Source of the DNA: Ophelia neglecta
Lineage: Eukaryota
DNA length: 64,000 bases
Direction of reading: 5' to 3'
Assembly (NCBI GenBank): GCA_965285935.1
Contig: OZ260666.1
Span: 42,408,001 to 42,472,000, forward strand
Shown: positions 12,021 through 25,939 of the stretch, one piece after another
Layout of the letters: each line of letters starts with the position of its first letter
Position numbering within the stretch: the first letter of the stretch is position 1
The notes under the pieces: generated by a model
What the model was told of the DNA's origin: nothing
Databases searched by the model: none
What the model saw: only the letters and a program-made list of their open reading frames with translations
Translations under genes and position numbers: made by a program

Positions 12021-14931
12021 CTAAATGGGGGACGGGGGGGGGGGGGTCTTAGAAAATAGACCTTTTAGAAAAGAATCTTGGTTTTTGTCTTTCCAGATTA
12101 ATGTCTCTCAGGCTCAGTTAATGTCTGTTATCTATACATGTTTGCAGGAAAAACATAACCTCCAATAATTCTTCTAGCCCCGCTGTCAAATTCCTGATGG
12201 TGCGCCCCTAACATATTTCAAACTCAAACAGATACAATACTCTTTTTATCTTGGCGATCAATGTCGTAACACCACTATTGTCTAGCTTTTGTACAGCTTG
12301 TGAGGCCTGGTACATGAATGTGGATGTTAAGACATGGCACATATATCGTTCTGGTATTGTAATTACTCCCCCCCCCCCCCCCAGGGTTTCGCAAACCCGC
12401 CATTCCATTTTTGATGGACGTCGTGTCAAACATCATTAAGCGTTTATCAACAGAAAAAAAACACGCCTGTGCTATAGAATCTATCGCCCCTATTTGCTTT
12501 TAAAACTACCCGTTGATTGTGCTAGGCTATCTACTAAGAAAAACGATTTTATAACTACATTAAGACCTATTTGAATCTTAAAAGCATCAGCAATTACTTC
12601 AAGGAAGAATTTCCATTATTTTCACACTACAAAGTCAATGTCAGTGTATCGTACGTATTACCTTCCACCAATACAACAGGCAACTAACTAATTCTGTGAT
12701 AATGCATCTTAAGTTTGTTATGAGTCTTTGTGTCAATGCACTGTATGCAAATATAAACTATCAGCACACAAAAATGGCCACTGTGGAAGGGTACCTTCAC
12801 CGAATATCAGGGTTAAGCTGTAATTTGTAGTTACACAGTTATTTTATAAAGGGCACATCTCTGCTTTCGAATGGTACCTGATAGTATTTGTCACCATTTT
12901 GATACCGGATTGTCACAAATGGGCCACGAGCATATATACTGTAGTTTCAAGTAGTTGACACTTTTAACAATCTTTGTGCCTAACGCTCATTAATCAGGCT
13001 TATGTTTCCTCGTGGATGTACCATTCAGTCAACAGTCAGCAGAGACGTGCAATTAATAAAATATGGTTTATAAGGTTACACGAAAACCTACTCACAGTCA
13101 TGTCAGTGGGGGATTTAGGGGGGCCCAGAGCCCCCCCCCCCCTTTTGCCAAAAAGTGGGCCCGGCCCAAGGCCTATTTCCGGACCTACATAAGGTGGTTT
13201 CGCGGGTTTAAATTTCGCGAAAAGCACTCTGGCTCGAAATTTTATTGTCATTCATACATATAGGACCTACAAACCTTTTAGTGCAAAATTAAAAACACAC
13301 AAATTGTCATTTGTTGCCAAAACGCGAATTTAAACCAGCGCTAATATTTATACCGTTACACATCTTGATCTTTCCCTTTAAGTACATAAATTAGAAAAAC
13401 CAAGGCTGCTTTGCAACCTAAACCACAGATTAAGTTATTACTCTAAAACCCTTATATTTCACGGTCCTTAATATTCGTGGTTTTAATACTCAACGTATTT
13501 CTCTGCCGCATAATTTTGCGTTTTTGAGCTTCTCGTAGGTGCTTAATTACCTCAAGCCCTTTAATTTTGCAGTTTTTCCCCTGCCACACTTCAATCCATC
13601 CAGAATTCCAGGGCTTCTTTAAGGACATCTTTCAGTACCTGCGTTTTAGCTACTTTAAATTCTCCCTGTACCAGCATGTGAATTGATAATGTATATAATA
13701 GAAAATGTCAGCAACATTATCGTTTTAGAATTATTCACAAGTAACAAATTGTGAATGAAAAGGCAGAAAAATCAGAAGTTACATGTAATAAACGTTCAAA
13801 GTTGTGTTAGGTGGTGGAGGGGGGGGGGAGGCATAAAACCTTTGGCCACCCAATGCGGAGGGGTGGAGGGGACGAACGTTTTCCATGCTGGAGATGGGGG
13901 GGGGGGATTTTTTTTAAGCTTCACCGTTCTAAGTTGAACCCCCCCCCCCCCTCCCAAACCAATAAATAATGACATAGAAAAGGATACATTTTCTAGAAAA
14001 CAGAAACCGGAAACCAGGAGGAAATTGATCTGGAACATTCTCATTGTCTTACCTCAGTTAATTATGAGGTATGTCGAGTAAGAACTATCGCCGATATTCG
14101 TTATTAACCGACATAGAGCCATATTGCTGTGACATAAAACACAATCGTGATTTAATAGCTTAGTATTTAGCTAGGGCCTATGTCAAGAACGTCAGCATGG
14201 GTAGAAATTGAAAAGTCACTAAGAGAGCCCGGCTGCAGAGAAAGACACTGGCAATATTTCCTTGTTACAAAGGCTTTGTTTATGGTTCTGTCATAACAAC
14301 ACAACTAGTCGGTAAAGATAGAGACGTGAGCAAAACATTTTAAAAAGGTCATGAGATTGTTCGAAATTAATTTCCTCGTGGTTTCTGTTTCCTGGAAGGG
14401 GCACTCCAAACCACTGTACCTTAGAGACTTTATCTGCCTAACATGTGTTTGTTTTATCCATGCACCGAATCTTTTTTTGTTTAGCTATCGGATTCATGTT
14501 TTAAATTATGAGTAATAGAGTAACAATTGCTCATATGACTAGGCTGTAAAGATGTTGTGTACAGTTGCATTCCATAAGGATAATTAATGTAATAAAATGT
14601 ATTTAAAAGGTACTTAATATTCGCTAGGCAGCTGAGTACAGTACATGAAATGTTTATTAAAGCACATGCATTGCTAAGCAATAGGAAATTACATTAAAAA
14701 CCAATATTGAAATAGATAATTCAGAACACTTAAATCCTTCTTGGCAAACACAATTTCGACCATCATCGGCATACCTTTATGTTTTTGGCCATTGTCTTCC
14801 CATGAGACGATCGTGCACACTTGAAAATCAACCCTCGGTCTTTGTCATAGACACTTTATTTGAGGGTGTTAAATATTAATGAAGCAGGTCTAAACACCTG
14901 TGAAACGCGACAGCGCGAAACCTTTTTCCTG

Positions 14932-15055
14932 TATAAATAGAGTAACAACTTTCCTGTCTATTATATTTTCTCTGGGTGTCGAGCAGATACATTCATCCAA
15001 TATTTCTTGACGGCCTCATCATTTTTTTTTCAGCATTTGACAAATCAATCAGAAG
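14932..15055 (+). promoter_or_regulatory. TATA box and non-coding exon 1 of gene 2
   Basis: TATAAATA at 14932; strong donor AAG|GTAAGT at 15056. Confidence 0.65.
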
Positions 15056-15768
15056 GTAAGTCTAAATTAGTTCATAGCCACTAGCTTTGATATTCCAAAA
15101 TCAATCTGAAGGTTTTTTAAAGAGTTTTTTTGTTTATTCAATTTATATGCACTGTTAAGCAACTTTACAATAATCCTAAAATATGCTTATCTTTTTAAAA
15201 GTCTTATAATAACCACAAAGAAACTGTTTTTCACAAACTCACTATATCTTTCAAAGTTTACGTGGGCAAAACCATGCCGGAGCCAGTCGGATGACTCCCT
15301 TGCATGCATCGAGCTTCTGCTGTCGCTCTCATAAACAGTTTGTTGCTTCATGGTGCTAAGTTTTTATTGTACTTTGAAAAGTACATTTTTAGAGAGCTTA
15401 GACCATTATTGAATGTAAGTGGGCTCGTGGCCGCTGGTTCCTGACGGCTTCGGGCAGGTTTAATAGAATCTTTTTATGTTTACAAAAGATAAATAGCCAT
15501 CTGCACCCTTTTCTTCCTGAATTTTTAACATTGCGATACACAAATATTTAAAACGGAAAACTTTAAATTATAAAATTAGGCTCGTAAATAGGTACTTCAT
15601 AAAAAAATCCTCGAACAACTACAAGCAGTCCTTTCCACATAATTATTAGGTTGTTTTCACTTTTACATATGGACGTCTTCGCGGGGTCCGATAATCACCA
15701 AATTGATGTATTACATAAGGCTTAGCGAAATTAGATTTTATTTCCTTGTTAGTAACATTTTCTATGAC

Positions 15769-15851
15769 TAGTGCGGAAAGGTAATTGTTATTTTTATGAG
15801 GGGCTTTTTTTTAGTGCGGAAAGGTAATTGTTATTTTTATGAGGGGCTTTG
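15769..15851. repeat. Short tandem duplication (~42 bp x2) in gene 2 intron 1
   Basis: TAGTGCGGAAAGGTAATTGTTATTTTTATGAGGGGCTTT occurs twice. Confidence 0.85.
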
Positions 15852-16436
15852 TTTTTCATTTTTAATAGGCTTCTTTTTTACTATTAAACCGAACTAGTCG
15901 ATAAAATTCTGAACTTACTTTTTTTACCACTCCGGGATTTGTTTGATAGTTGCCATACGGAAAAGTGCATTATTCGACATTGATGTAATATAAAAATAAT
16001 TGCTAATTATCTATAGCTAATAAAGTATAGTTATACTACTTATGTATGTAAATTTAGCTTATTACCGGTTTAATTGAAAAATAATATCATCAAACGCGGT
16101 CGTGGTTTAGATCATTCCCTTTGAAGTAGGCAAACTAAAGTCGTTTTGCAAAGACGCCGCGGAAAATAGACCAGCAAAGTAAGTTACAGACAGGCGTTCC
16201 ATACGACGAGCCGACACATTAAAATGTTTTTAACCTTAAACGGGGGTACCATTGTAAACTGGGACGGTCCTGACAATTCCAACTCCTTCTCTATATAATT
16301 GACTACCATTGATGTGTTACAAATGTGAATACATATTACGGCTGAATTAGAATACACCACATAAAATGTGATTATATGATTCCTTTTATATTTGATGGTC
16401 GTTTCTAAAATGTTAATAGTTTTCTTTGCAGCTAAT

Positions 16437-16485
16437 ATGAAGTCACAGTTCCTTCTTTTTGGGGTCGTCCTCCTGGCTATCATTG
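16437..16485 (+). CDS. Gene 2 signal-peptide exon (MKSQFLLFGVVLLAII + G)
   Basis: Acceptor TTTCTTTGCAG (16431), ATG at 16437, phase-1 donor G|GTAATT at 16486. Confidence 0.85.
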
Positions 16486-17655
16486 GTAATTAAATATTTA
16501 TACACATTTATTGAAAAATCTTTTGTTTTACCAAAATAGTCAGAAAGCAAGCACGCTTGCTAGTACGTAATGAAAAGGGTTAACCTATGTGCTATGGCCT
16601 AGAGCATCCATATTTTGTCTGCTTTCCTGGCTACTACGTTGTTTTCATGAATAGGATAATTAGATGAGACTCCGGCCCGACAGTATAAAAGGCGGGGAGG
16701 GCGAGTATGAAATTCCCCCTTTCCCTCTTTCCTGATCCCGCCGTTATCTCATTATCGCGCAACGCTGATCCCGTCCAGATGTCATTCAAAAAATAGATTT
16801 GACCTTCCACTTCCAGATTTCATTTAGGGATTGGTCATTTAATATAATACGGGGAGGAATGGAGTGCATTTACTTTTTAGGGCACTCATAGGGGGTCACT
16901 AATTTTTTCGAACCGCAGGGGAGTGTATCAATAGAAAAAACTACAAACCATTAGTATTTTAACTCAAATTGTGAAATTGATACAGTACAATTGATATGTA
17001 CCTAATGTTCTTTTTTTACTACAGGGGCGTCACAAACAATGAATTTGATGACATTTTATTTGACATTGACCTCGTTATAAAGGTCTTATTTAAATTATAA
17101 ACATTGGGTGCATTCATATTCTTTGACACTGTATGATAACATATGAAGGTAATGTAGTTGTAACCTTCTTTAAAAATTGGCCCATATTAGAGGTTTAATG
17201 ATTCATTTACATCTTCTCCTAATGGCTTAAAGTGCAATATGGACATATCACATTTATTAACCAATATTGGGAAATCACATGCAAAGGATCCTTTGGTGAT
17301 CTTAAATGGGATTATTGGGGTTTAGGGTGGGGGTTTGGTCGGGCGACATCTATTGCATTTGCCGATCACAAGGGGATGGGGGGGGGGGGGCATCAATTGA
17401 AATTCACTTGAGGCAATCTTTACCAAGTCCCCATACCCACGCCTGTTGATAAGTGATCGGATCCTTTCCAAGTGTTAAAAAACAATTACAGAGTTAAATA
17501 GACAACGGTATAGAAATGTTGGCTGTATTTATCATACGCCTATTGTATACCTGCTCCTATTCCTCTTTTATCTTTTATAACAATAAAAAGGACAAGGATA
17601 ATTCAACTGCATTTATTTATTAATCATTCAAAACAACTGGCAATGTGTATTTCAG

Positions 17656-17861
17656 CTCTCGGGCATTCGGGCAGCTCTTCAGTGGCCCCGTCTGAAGGGG
17701 GATCGATCGATTCATCGACCTCAACGTCAACATCATCATCAACCCAGTCGTCTCCATCGGGTGGAGGTGGCAGCACAACTCCTAGTAAATCCTCTGCCAT
17801 CTTTTCATCGTTTAAGATGGTCAGTGTTTTTGCAGCCTTGGTGGCTGGTATGTTGTTCTAG
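17656..17861 (+). CDS. Gene 2 terminal exon: Ser-rich ectodomain and GPI-like signal (84-aa precursor)
   Basis: Acceptor TTTCAG|CT (G|CT = Ala) is in frame with ORF 17643..17861. It ends ...VFAALVAGMLF*, and the final ATGTTGTTCTAG is identical to gene 1. Confidence 0.87.
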
Positions 17862-19021
17862 AAACTCACTGGGTGGCTTAACTCTGATGATCGGGGCACT
17901 CTGCCCCTACAGGAAGGTCAAATACCCTGTTCTAGTTATCTCGTAAGCTCTGACTACCAAACAGCATCACTTATATGTTTGGCCTTTATGAAACGCATTC
18001 GCATTTTGAGCGCAATTGACGCCTAACCTCGTGTAGGAGTGTTTTAATACCCGATCAAGTCAGACGCTAGGCGATAAGACGAAGCAGGGCAAGACCGATG
18101 AATGTATGAGGAGTATTTGCTACCGAGTAACCCAAACAGCTTTAACAATTTCTGAATGAATGGATTTAAGACCATGACGAAGGAAATTTACCAGACATAA
18201 AGGCCTACAGACATTAAATAAAAAGTGTATTGACGGTTGACAAGTGATATTCTTTAATTGGTATATTTATTTCCCTATACGAAATGTAGTCTTCAGTTCG
18301 ATTTATATATGTTTCTACTTTACTTTAGCAACCAATCTTTTTTGAAATTACATTCTTTAACCTGGCAGAATAAAACCAGAATTTCAGACCAGAAATGACA
18401 AAGTAGTAGGCCTATATGATTTATATGAATATTGGCTTGGTGCACAGTGACAGGCATGTCTTATTCATTCGTAACAAACATTATTTGTAAACAATTAATG
18501 ACATGAATTCGTTTTGCGATGATCTGATATAAAATGGCAGTCTCTGGCAAGTCAATAATCTGGATATGTATGCTTATATGGTCCAACATTAACGTGACCT
18601 TTATTGGCCGCAGGAAGTTATCCCTCTCCCCATTACTTTATTTTACCGGGAGTTCATGAAAATACGATTGTCATAGTAATAAAGTATTACAAGTATTGTG
18701 GTTATTTTCCGATTGATAAAATTCATTTTTATCCCCACGATTCTCCGTTGTTAATTAGAATAAAGATCTTTAAAATATCTAAAAGCACATTTCTCATGTT
18801 TGTCTTGATTGTTTATATTTCACGACTTGCTTTTGAAACCCCGTGTTCGAACACACTAAATGTTTTACACTGTTGATTGAGACGGTCTAGTGCTAATTTT
18901 CCGTGCGCATAATCATCTTCCTTGTACCCAGAAAATTCCAAGCAGATTTGGTCACAAGTCCCGGCCCCTGTTGTGTTACGATGGAATACGTATGATAAGC
19001 TTTTTTATTCAAGCAGTATGA

Positions 19022-19393
19022 CAGAGGCGTAGGAAGGACAATAAAAGTGAGGGGGCTGACTTTACATCAGCGGCATAGAATGAGGGGGGGGGGGGGGCAA
19101 AACATATGATGGCCCCCCACTTTTTTAAGTGAATAATTTTTCAATTATTGGGTGTTTAATGGGTTTGTAAATATCCTGCCCACAGGTAACTATATGATTA
19201 TAGACAAGCCAACTGAGGACATACCCTTCTGACCACTGCTTCATATGCACCATTTTGAGAGGGCAAAAAGTGAGAGGGTCATCATTAAAAAGTGGGGGGG
19301 GGGCGAACATATGATGCCCCCCCCCACTTTTTAAAGTGGGGGGGCCATGCTCCCCCCCCCCTCCCCACCCTCCCCCCGCTTCCTACGCCACTG
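19022..19393. mobile_element. MITE with CAG(T/A)GGCGTAGGAAG TIRs (hAT-like ends)
   Basis: CAGAGGCGTAGGAAG at 19022 and CTTCCTACGCCACTG ending at 19393; internal G/C runs; no clear TSD. Confidence 0.7.
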
Positions 19394-20244
19394 TGGGATT
19401 AGCTCTTAATTAGCTTTTAATTAAGAAGCAACCAAATTTTACATCTCGTTATGTGTTGCTCTACATTCAACTAGCATGTAATTGCTAAATAGGCAGAAAT
19501 ATGACATTTTTTATGTTTGTTTTGTCTTTTAATGTGTTTATACCAGTCAGTTGAGCTTTTATAGAGAGTACCCTTTTTACATTGTGAAGCACACATGAGT
19601 TCAATTGCGAGCAAAAATGCATTTAATAAATGCCAGTATTATCTATAATTATGAAGTTCTACAAGTAAAGATCGCTAGATACACGTGTTCGAAGCACCAA
19701 AATGGGTATGCGTCATTTTCCAGACAGTTTTAAAGGGTGCAGATAAGAAAATGTATACTATCTTAAGTCAGTAGGGGAGCTTTGGGATACTTAAATGAAT
19801 AAAAATATGTAAATAACCAATCTTTTTAGATTGGAGGGTCGGTGGAAGAAAGTTAGTTTACAGCTACATATTGAAGCTGCAAATATTTAAAATTCCACAT
19901 CAGTCTGAATGAAATATTCCAAAATGAGATAATACATTGCATGAGAAAAATATCATGAACTATGCCGCAATTGAAAATAGTGATACAAACAATGTCAAAA
20001 TAGGCAAATTGTCTAAACGGCCGAGAAACCATGATACACAAAAAAAAAGGCGAAAACGAGATGTGACGTGATGTGATGTGACGAATGTGACGTATCTTTT
20101 TGTCCGTCAACGTATGACTTATTAATACAATTTGCTAAAGTTAAGAAAAATCGCCTTAAATATTACTTGTGCTATTTACTTAGCACATAGTCGTGCCAGA
20201 TAGCTCACATTTCTACAAGGAGGTGGTGAAATGTGTCCTATAAA

Positions 20245-20875
20245 TCTTGTCCACCAACTAGCATCTAGTGGCACAAAGGAGTTAGCCATCGACCAAGAGG
20301 CCTCTGGTGGCACAAAGAAGCAAAGTGCCTCTCGACAAGAGGCCTCTAGTTGGACAAAGGAGCCAAGTCTATACCTAAAATCCTCCAGCGACACAACAGG
20401 TATCAATAAAGAGGTACATGTATCTAGTAGTATACTGATTCTGGAATCAGGGGTCTAGCAGCATAATGGAGCCAGGTGTAAAAAAAATCTAATGATACAA
20501 TGTAGCTAAATATCCACTAAGAGGCCCGCCTCTTGTTGACTGGCTGACCCAATTGTACCACTAGAGGCATTGTGGTAGATGTCTGACTCCAGTTTTTATG
20601 CCACTAGTAGTCCTTTTGTGTATTGCTGAAGCTATGGTGTCACTGGTGCACCCTGGTGGATGGCTATCACCCTTGTGCCATTTAAGGGCTATTGCAATTG
20701 ATGGAGCTTGACTCCATTGTGCCACTAGAAGCCTCTTGATGGTTGGCTGTATCCATTGTGCTATTAGAGGCCTTTTGGCGGATGCTTGAATCTATTGTAC
20801 TAATGGATGCATCTGAGAGAACGGCTGAATCATGGTGCTATTATACAGTTTTTGGTGGATGCTTGACTTTTTTGT
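20245..20875. repeat. Degenerate ~40-bp satellite array that switches orientation near 20500
   Basis: Units read ...AGAGGCCTCTAGTGGCACAAAGGAG... in 20245-20480 and the reverse complement ...GACTCCATTGTGCCACTAGAGGCC... in 20515-20875. Confidence 0.7.
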
Positions 20876-21228
20876 GTTTGTTAATAGGCCGCTACATTGT
20901 AGGTTTCTGTTGGGCCTAACACAAGGCCTTTTGCAACAATAAAAGAGGCTTTAGCGCTAGGTCCAAGTAGTTAAATGATTAGGTGTCAGTTAATAACCGA
21001 CTTATACCGTGTAGATGTCGTGTCAGCCTTAAATCTGTGTTAGAAATGGCCCTCTGAATATGAATAACCACTATCTGAAACAAATGCTTAGAGAGTTATT
21101 AAAATGCCCTCGCCATTTCACGAAACCTGTTTCCATACTTTCTGTGAGTTGACCACTAATCGGTAAAAAGTCCGACCCTCGCACTGTGGTGAAGGCCCCA
21201 TATTGCATTTCACAAGCTTCGATCGGCA

Positions 21229-21231
<3 letters not shown>

Positions 21232-21275
<44 letters not shown>

Positions 21276-22480
21276 TATTGAACTTGTTATAGCGCTTTTT
21301 TCAGTGGAGACTGTTCAAAAACGCTGTACAGTAAAAAAAGCGGGGAATAAAATATATATAAATTGATACAATACTGGTATGATAGCATGAATCAAACATG
21401 CGGTACATATATACAAAGGACATGCAGAGAAAATACATATAAGTTAAAAGAATAATTAGCTATATAACCTCGAACTAAGATTCAAATGCAATTAGATAAA
21501 AATGTGTCTTAAGCTTTCTTTGAAAAATGACTAGACTTGGGCTGGTTTTTTCCTCTGCAGGGAGGGCATTCCAGTGGAAGGGGGCTGGATGGGAAAACCG
21601 CCGACAGCCGTAGGTGGAGGTGCGAAACCTGGGGAAAACCAATAGGTTCTGACTCTCCGACCTCAACCCACGGCTAGGCACATATATAGGGTAATCAGAT
21701 CACTCAGATACTCCAGGGCCATACCATGCAAACACTTAAATGCAAGAAGGCACACCTTAAAACAAACTCTGCTTAACGGTAAGCCAATGTAACTGTGCCA
21801 GTAGAGGAGTTATGTGAACGAAATATGACGACCCTGTCACCATACGCGCTGCAGCATTCGGGACACGCTGCAGCTTTGCTAGCAAAGAGTCTGGCAATCC
21901 AACATACAGGGAGTTCAGGTTATCGATTCTCGACATAACAAAAGTATGGGTAATAGTGAGGAGAGCATCCTGGGTCAAGTACTTTTTTAATTTAGAAATA
22001 TTCCTGAGCTGAGAGAATGCAAATCTAGAGGCCTGATTTATCTGACAGGCAAGAGAACCATCATCCTGAAAAAGTGCACCTATATTTCGAGCTGATTGTG
22101 ACACTGGGATATTTGACAGACTGGCCAATCCTTTTAGTGTCAAAAGGACAACACACTGAGGAGATTGGACCTTATTACCAGGAACTCTGTTTTGTCATCA
22201 TTGAATCTTAAAAATTTTGTTGTCATCCAATGACGAACTAAATCAATGCTTTTCTCCAAAGCAGTTCGAACAGAGGTACAATCAGCACACCGGAATGTGG
22301 CATAAAGCTGCGAGTCATCGGCGTAAAAATGATATGGTACATCATTCCCCCGGAGTACATCCCCCAAGTAAAGAGTTTACGCCGAAAAGAGAATGGGGCC
22401 CAAAACACTACCCTGAAGAACCCCACAGAGCAGAGGTGTGGACAATGATGACTCATCGCCGATAGTAACACACTGTGATC
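21232..22480 (-). mobile_element. 5'-truncated, frameshifted L2-clade LINE with (TAA)n tail
   Basis: Fragments HFYADDSQLY..WM....NDDKTE, LQRV.NAAARMV..HITPLL..LHWL and RRFS..AP..WNALP..LKTH. The (TTA)n tract at 21232-21275 is the 3' tail. Confidence 0.9.
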
Positions 22481-23077
22481 TATCCGACAAATACGACCTG
22501 AACCACAAGAGAGCATTATTAATTAAGGGTCCTTAGATTCTCCCAGTCTGAAATGAAGCATGGTACCCAAATTGTGTAGTGTGCTTCACCGATAATATTT
22601 GAGATTGTCTTAGTCGTTTTTCGATAGTCAGTGTGTTTTTGTGTTCAAAACGCAAATATTTCATTCTTTGACGGATTGAAATGAAACGACATTTCTTCGA
22701 ATAATTATGCGCCAAAACACGCATTTGCCGGCAAAGGTATACATAGCATGCGCAGCATTTCAGTATATGCAAAGTTTGTTTGACGCGTGCGCAGTGAATG
22801 GTTGATTGCCTGTTATCCTCGAAACCATGGTGGCTGCCATTTTGATAAGAGCACGGGTAACCTAAGCGTGCATATTTCGAGAAGCTTCCTTCTATTGCGA
22901 ATGCACCCCCACCTGTGGGTTGGCGACCTTTTGCAATATTCAAATACAGACTGTTGTTTGTGCGTTTTTCCTGAAGAGGGCAATAATTGTGACATCAATT
23001 GCCAAGCTACATGTAGGTCATGGAACAGAAAAAAAAAATGCTAGTGACACTTGTTACAACGACAACCTTTATTTCAG

Positions 23078-23430
23078 GAGATGAATATGTTCAGCAAAGT
23101 TCAGCATGGACACTGACATCGGTAGCATCACTCCCTGATTAATGCCTAGATCGATATGAAACAAGTCCGACAATAATAAAGATAATATGCTTTCTTGAAC
23201 TTAATAAATGATGGATTCCGTGTATCTGTAATTTTTGGAACATTGAAATATCAGAGAAATTGTATTTACCTGATACTTATAGACCAGTTTGTATTCAATG
23301 TGTAAAGAAACTTGGTGAACCTACAAAACTTCCCTGTTTGTTCCTACTCGATGCAAAAGCGCAGGAAGCTTTGGAAAGGGTTTTATAGAACATCGTTTCA
23401 GGTACTCTTTTTTGATTACGAATTTTCAAA
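23078..23430 (+). pseudogene. Possible highly decayed Polinton/Maverick-type protein-primed polymerase fragment
   Basis: Pieces YVQQSSAWTL, NKDN/CFL and LITNF in different frames echo the GSGW...N.D..CF...Y.LI.N order recalled for these elements. Recognised by eye only. Confidence 0.25.
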
Positions 23431-23877
23431 ACTATGTATAGAAATAATGATTTATATGTAAAATAAACCTCATCGTCCAGAAACAGATCGATTCACGAAC
23501 ACGCCTCTTAAATCAAGAAACTTTCACATTATGACCATGGCAGTGTTGTAAGCACACACACATATATAATTGCGATCTTACTTTACGTTAGGAGAACAGT
23601 AACAAGGGCCCTTGATATTTTGTTTAATTAGTAGTTTTTTTTTACCTCACTCGTGGTGAAGATATAATCATAATATGATAATTCCTTGGTAACACATACA
23701 TTGAGGTATTAGTGAAGGCCTTATTCGTGGTTTAGTAATGGAAATTTATTTTGCGCGAGACAGGTGAACATGCCCAGCGAGGAAGACACAATAGGTTAGA
23801 CCATCCTCATGTAAATACTCTCCTCGATGATTAGAAAAAAATAATTTTCCTCGAGTGGTTATTAATATTTATACGAC

Positions 23878-23965
23878 TATATAAAGGTGCTAAGACGAGT
23901 TATCCAACACACTTTGAAACACAGCCTTCTTCCTAACGTGCACCATTTGATAAGACTGTCACGAA
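23878..23965 (+). promoter_or_regulatory. TATA box and non-coding exon 1 of gene 3
   Basis: TATATAAA at 23878; donor GAA|GTAAGT at 23966. Confidence 0.6.
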
Positions 23966-25890
23966 GTAAGTCATGATTTTTTTCACAAACCTAGTGTTAA
24001 ACCGATATCTCGGACCCATGAATATTTCTTCCTTTATTAAAATCATTTATTATGATCAGTAGGAGATCTGATACTGTTTATTCATCTGCGGTAGGTCAGT
24101 CTCCAACGAGCCTCTCGTGGGAAGTCTACGGCAGGCTCCTGTAAGATGCCCAGGCCATTCAGAGCAGAGTTTGCTTTAAACATATTTCAACCAGCGCTAG
24201 GCTTTAGCGAAACGGCGTTAGTTGTTAAGGGATTAAGTAGGGTCAATTAGTATATTGTCGGTTAAAAAACTTGATCGCTAGGTTAGAGATAATAATAGCA
24301 ACATGTGCGTTAATATAACACATGAACGAAGGAAAATCAGATGTTGATGATACAATTTGCGTTTAAAATTTTGAGGAGGGTACAGGAAATGTCATCAAAT
24401 CTCATTCACATTCCGAACATAACAAATAGCATCCATTCTACTACGTGCGCAAAGCAGCTCCTTTTCTGAAACTAAAAGCTGTTTTAGCTTTCCCTGATGA
24501 TAACGCAATGCTTTTCCTATTCCGAAACCACGTTTGCACGATGGCCTTTGTTTTAAAAAGCACGTCGTCAAAATCATTGAAGCACTGTGGAATTGTTAAA
24601 AGAACTATTCATATTTATGGTTTCAAAAACTATCATATGCGTGGATCTTTTACTTTCTACCGCGGGAGGTTCCTATACCCCACCCTTGGGATGAAGGCTA
24701 ATAGGAAAGTACATATACGAACAGCTGGGAGGATGCACTTCATATGCCTTCCATCAATGAAAAAGACATCATATTTTGACAATATATGTAGTAACCTGTT
24801 GTTATTTTCGGGGCTATAAACAGGCGCCGATATCTTCCTTTGTTTTATAATTATATGTCAGCCCTCGCCAACTTGGACCTGCAATTGCCCTTGACTAAGA
24901 AACGATGTTTAAAATCGTTGAGCTTTTCAGTCTGCTGTTACAAATTAAGACTCCCGTTTTGGCCTTTAATACTTCCATACGGAAGAAACGTAACTCATTG
25001 AGGGACGGCAGTGCGCCTTATCTCATCTTCTTCTTCATTCCGCCGCCCTACGTACTCGTGGACTGTGTAGTGCTTTGTGAGAAAATATACATTTTTGGAC
25101 AACAATTACAATGACTTTGCGGTGAAAGACAGTGTAGTTTAGTCCATCTTGAAATCAAAGATTTGTCAATAATAATTTACGGCCCTTCTAGATCTAGAAA
25201 TATAACTCTTTTTTTTAGCAAAAACATTACACTGAACTCTTCATGATTTGGTTTGTGAATTTATATAGGCATAAGCATATATGTCATACGTTGACTATTA
25301 TATGTATGCAGTTTAAACTACAAATGTTAGCTGTAAATATGTTCATGCTGATTTCCTATACAGGTTATAACTTGTTTTAATTTGTTCCAACTTGAAAGGC
25401 ATCTATTAAAGTTGAGTGCTCAGACTCGTGTCAGGACATGCTACATTAATCAGCAGCATAAATTTGTAATTATGTGACAGTGTAGAACTTCCAAATAATT
25501 TCACAAAAGTTATATACCAAAGATGACCAACAAAAGTATTCTGTAAAATGGGATAAGATTAAATTCAGGATACTTTGCAGCATCCATGTCAGCTGCATTA
25601 AATAGTTAAAGTAAAAAGACATGGGATAATCGAGATGACAGTCTGGAACATGGATTTCCTGACTTGGTCTTTTAAATTTTGTCGAATGGATTGTTTGCGC
25701 CACCAGAATGTGCACGCACGTGCGTACTTGCGAAAATGTTTCTTCACTTCTACCCGTGCATGGTATAATAAATTATGATCTTTTTAATACTGAGCAGTGT
25801 GGTGGATTTGCGTATAAATATGTAAATATTAGCCTATGGGCGCAAAACGTTTTATTTTTAATTTTTAATTTTATTTTACAGATCGGAATA

Positions 25891-25939
25891 ATGTATACCA
25901 AGTTTATTGTAGCGAGTGTCTTGTTATTGGGCGTCATTG
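25891..25939 (+). CDS. Gene 3 signal-peptide exon (MYTKFIVASVLLLGVI + G)
   Basis: Acceptor TTTTACAG (25881), ATG at 25891, donor G|GTAAGT at 25940. Confidence 0.9.
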
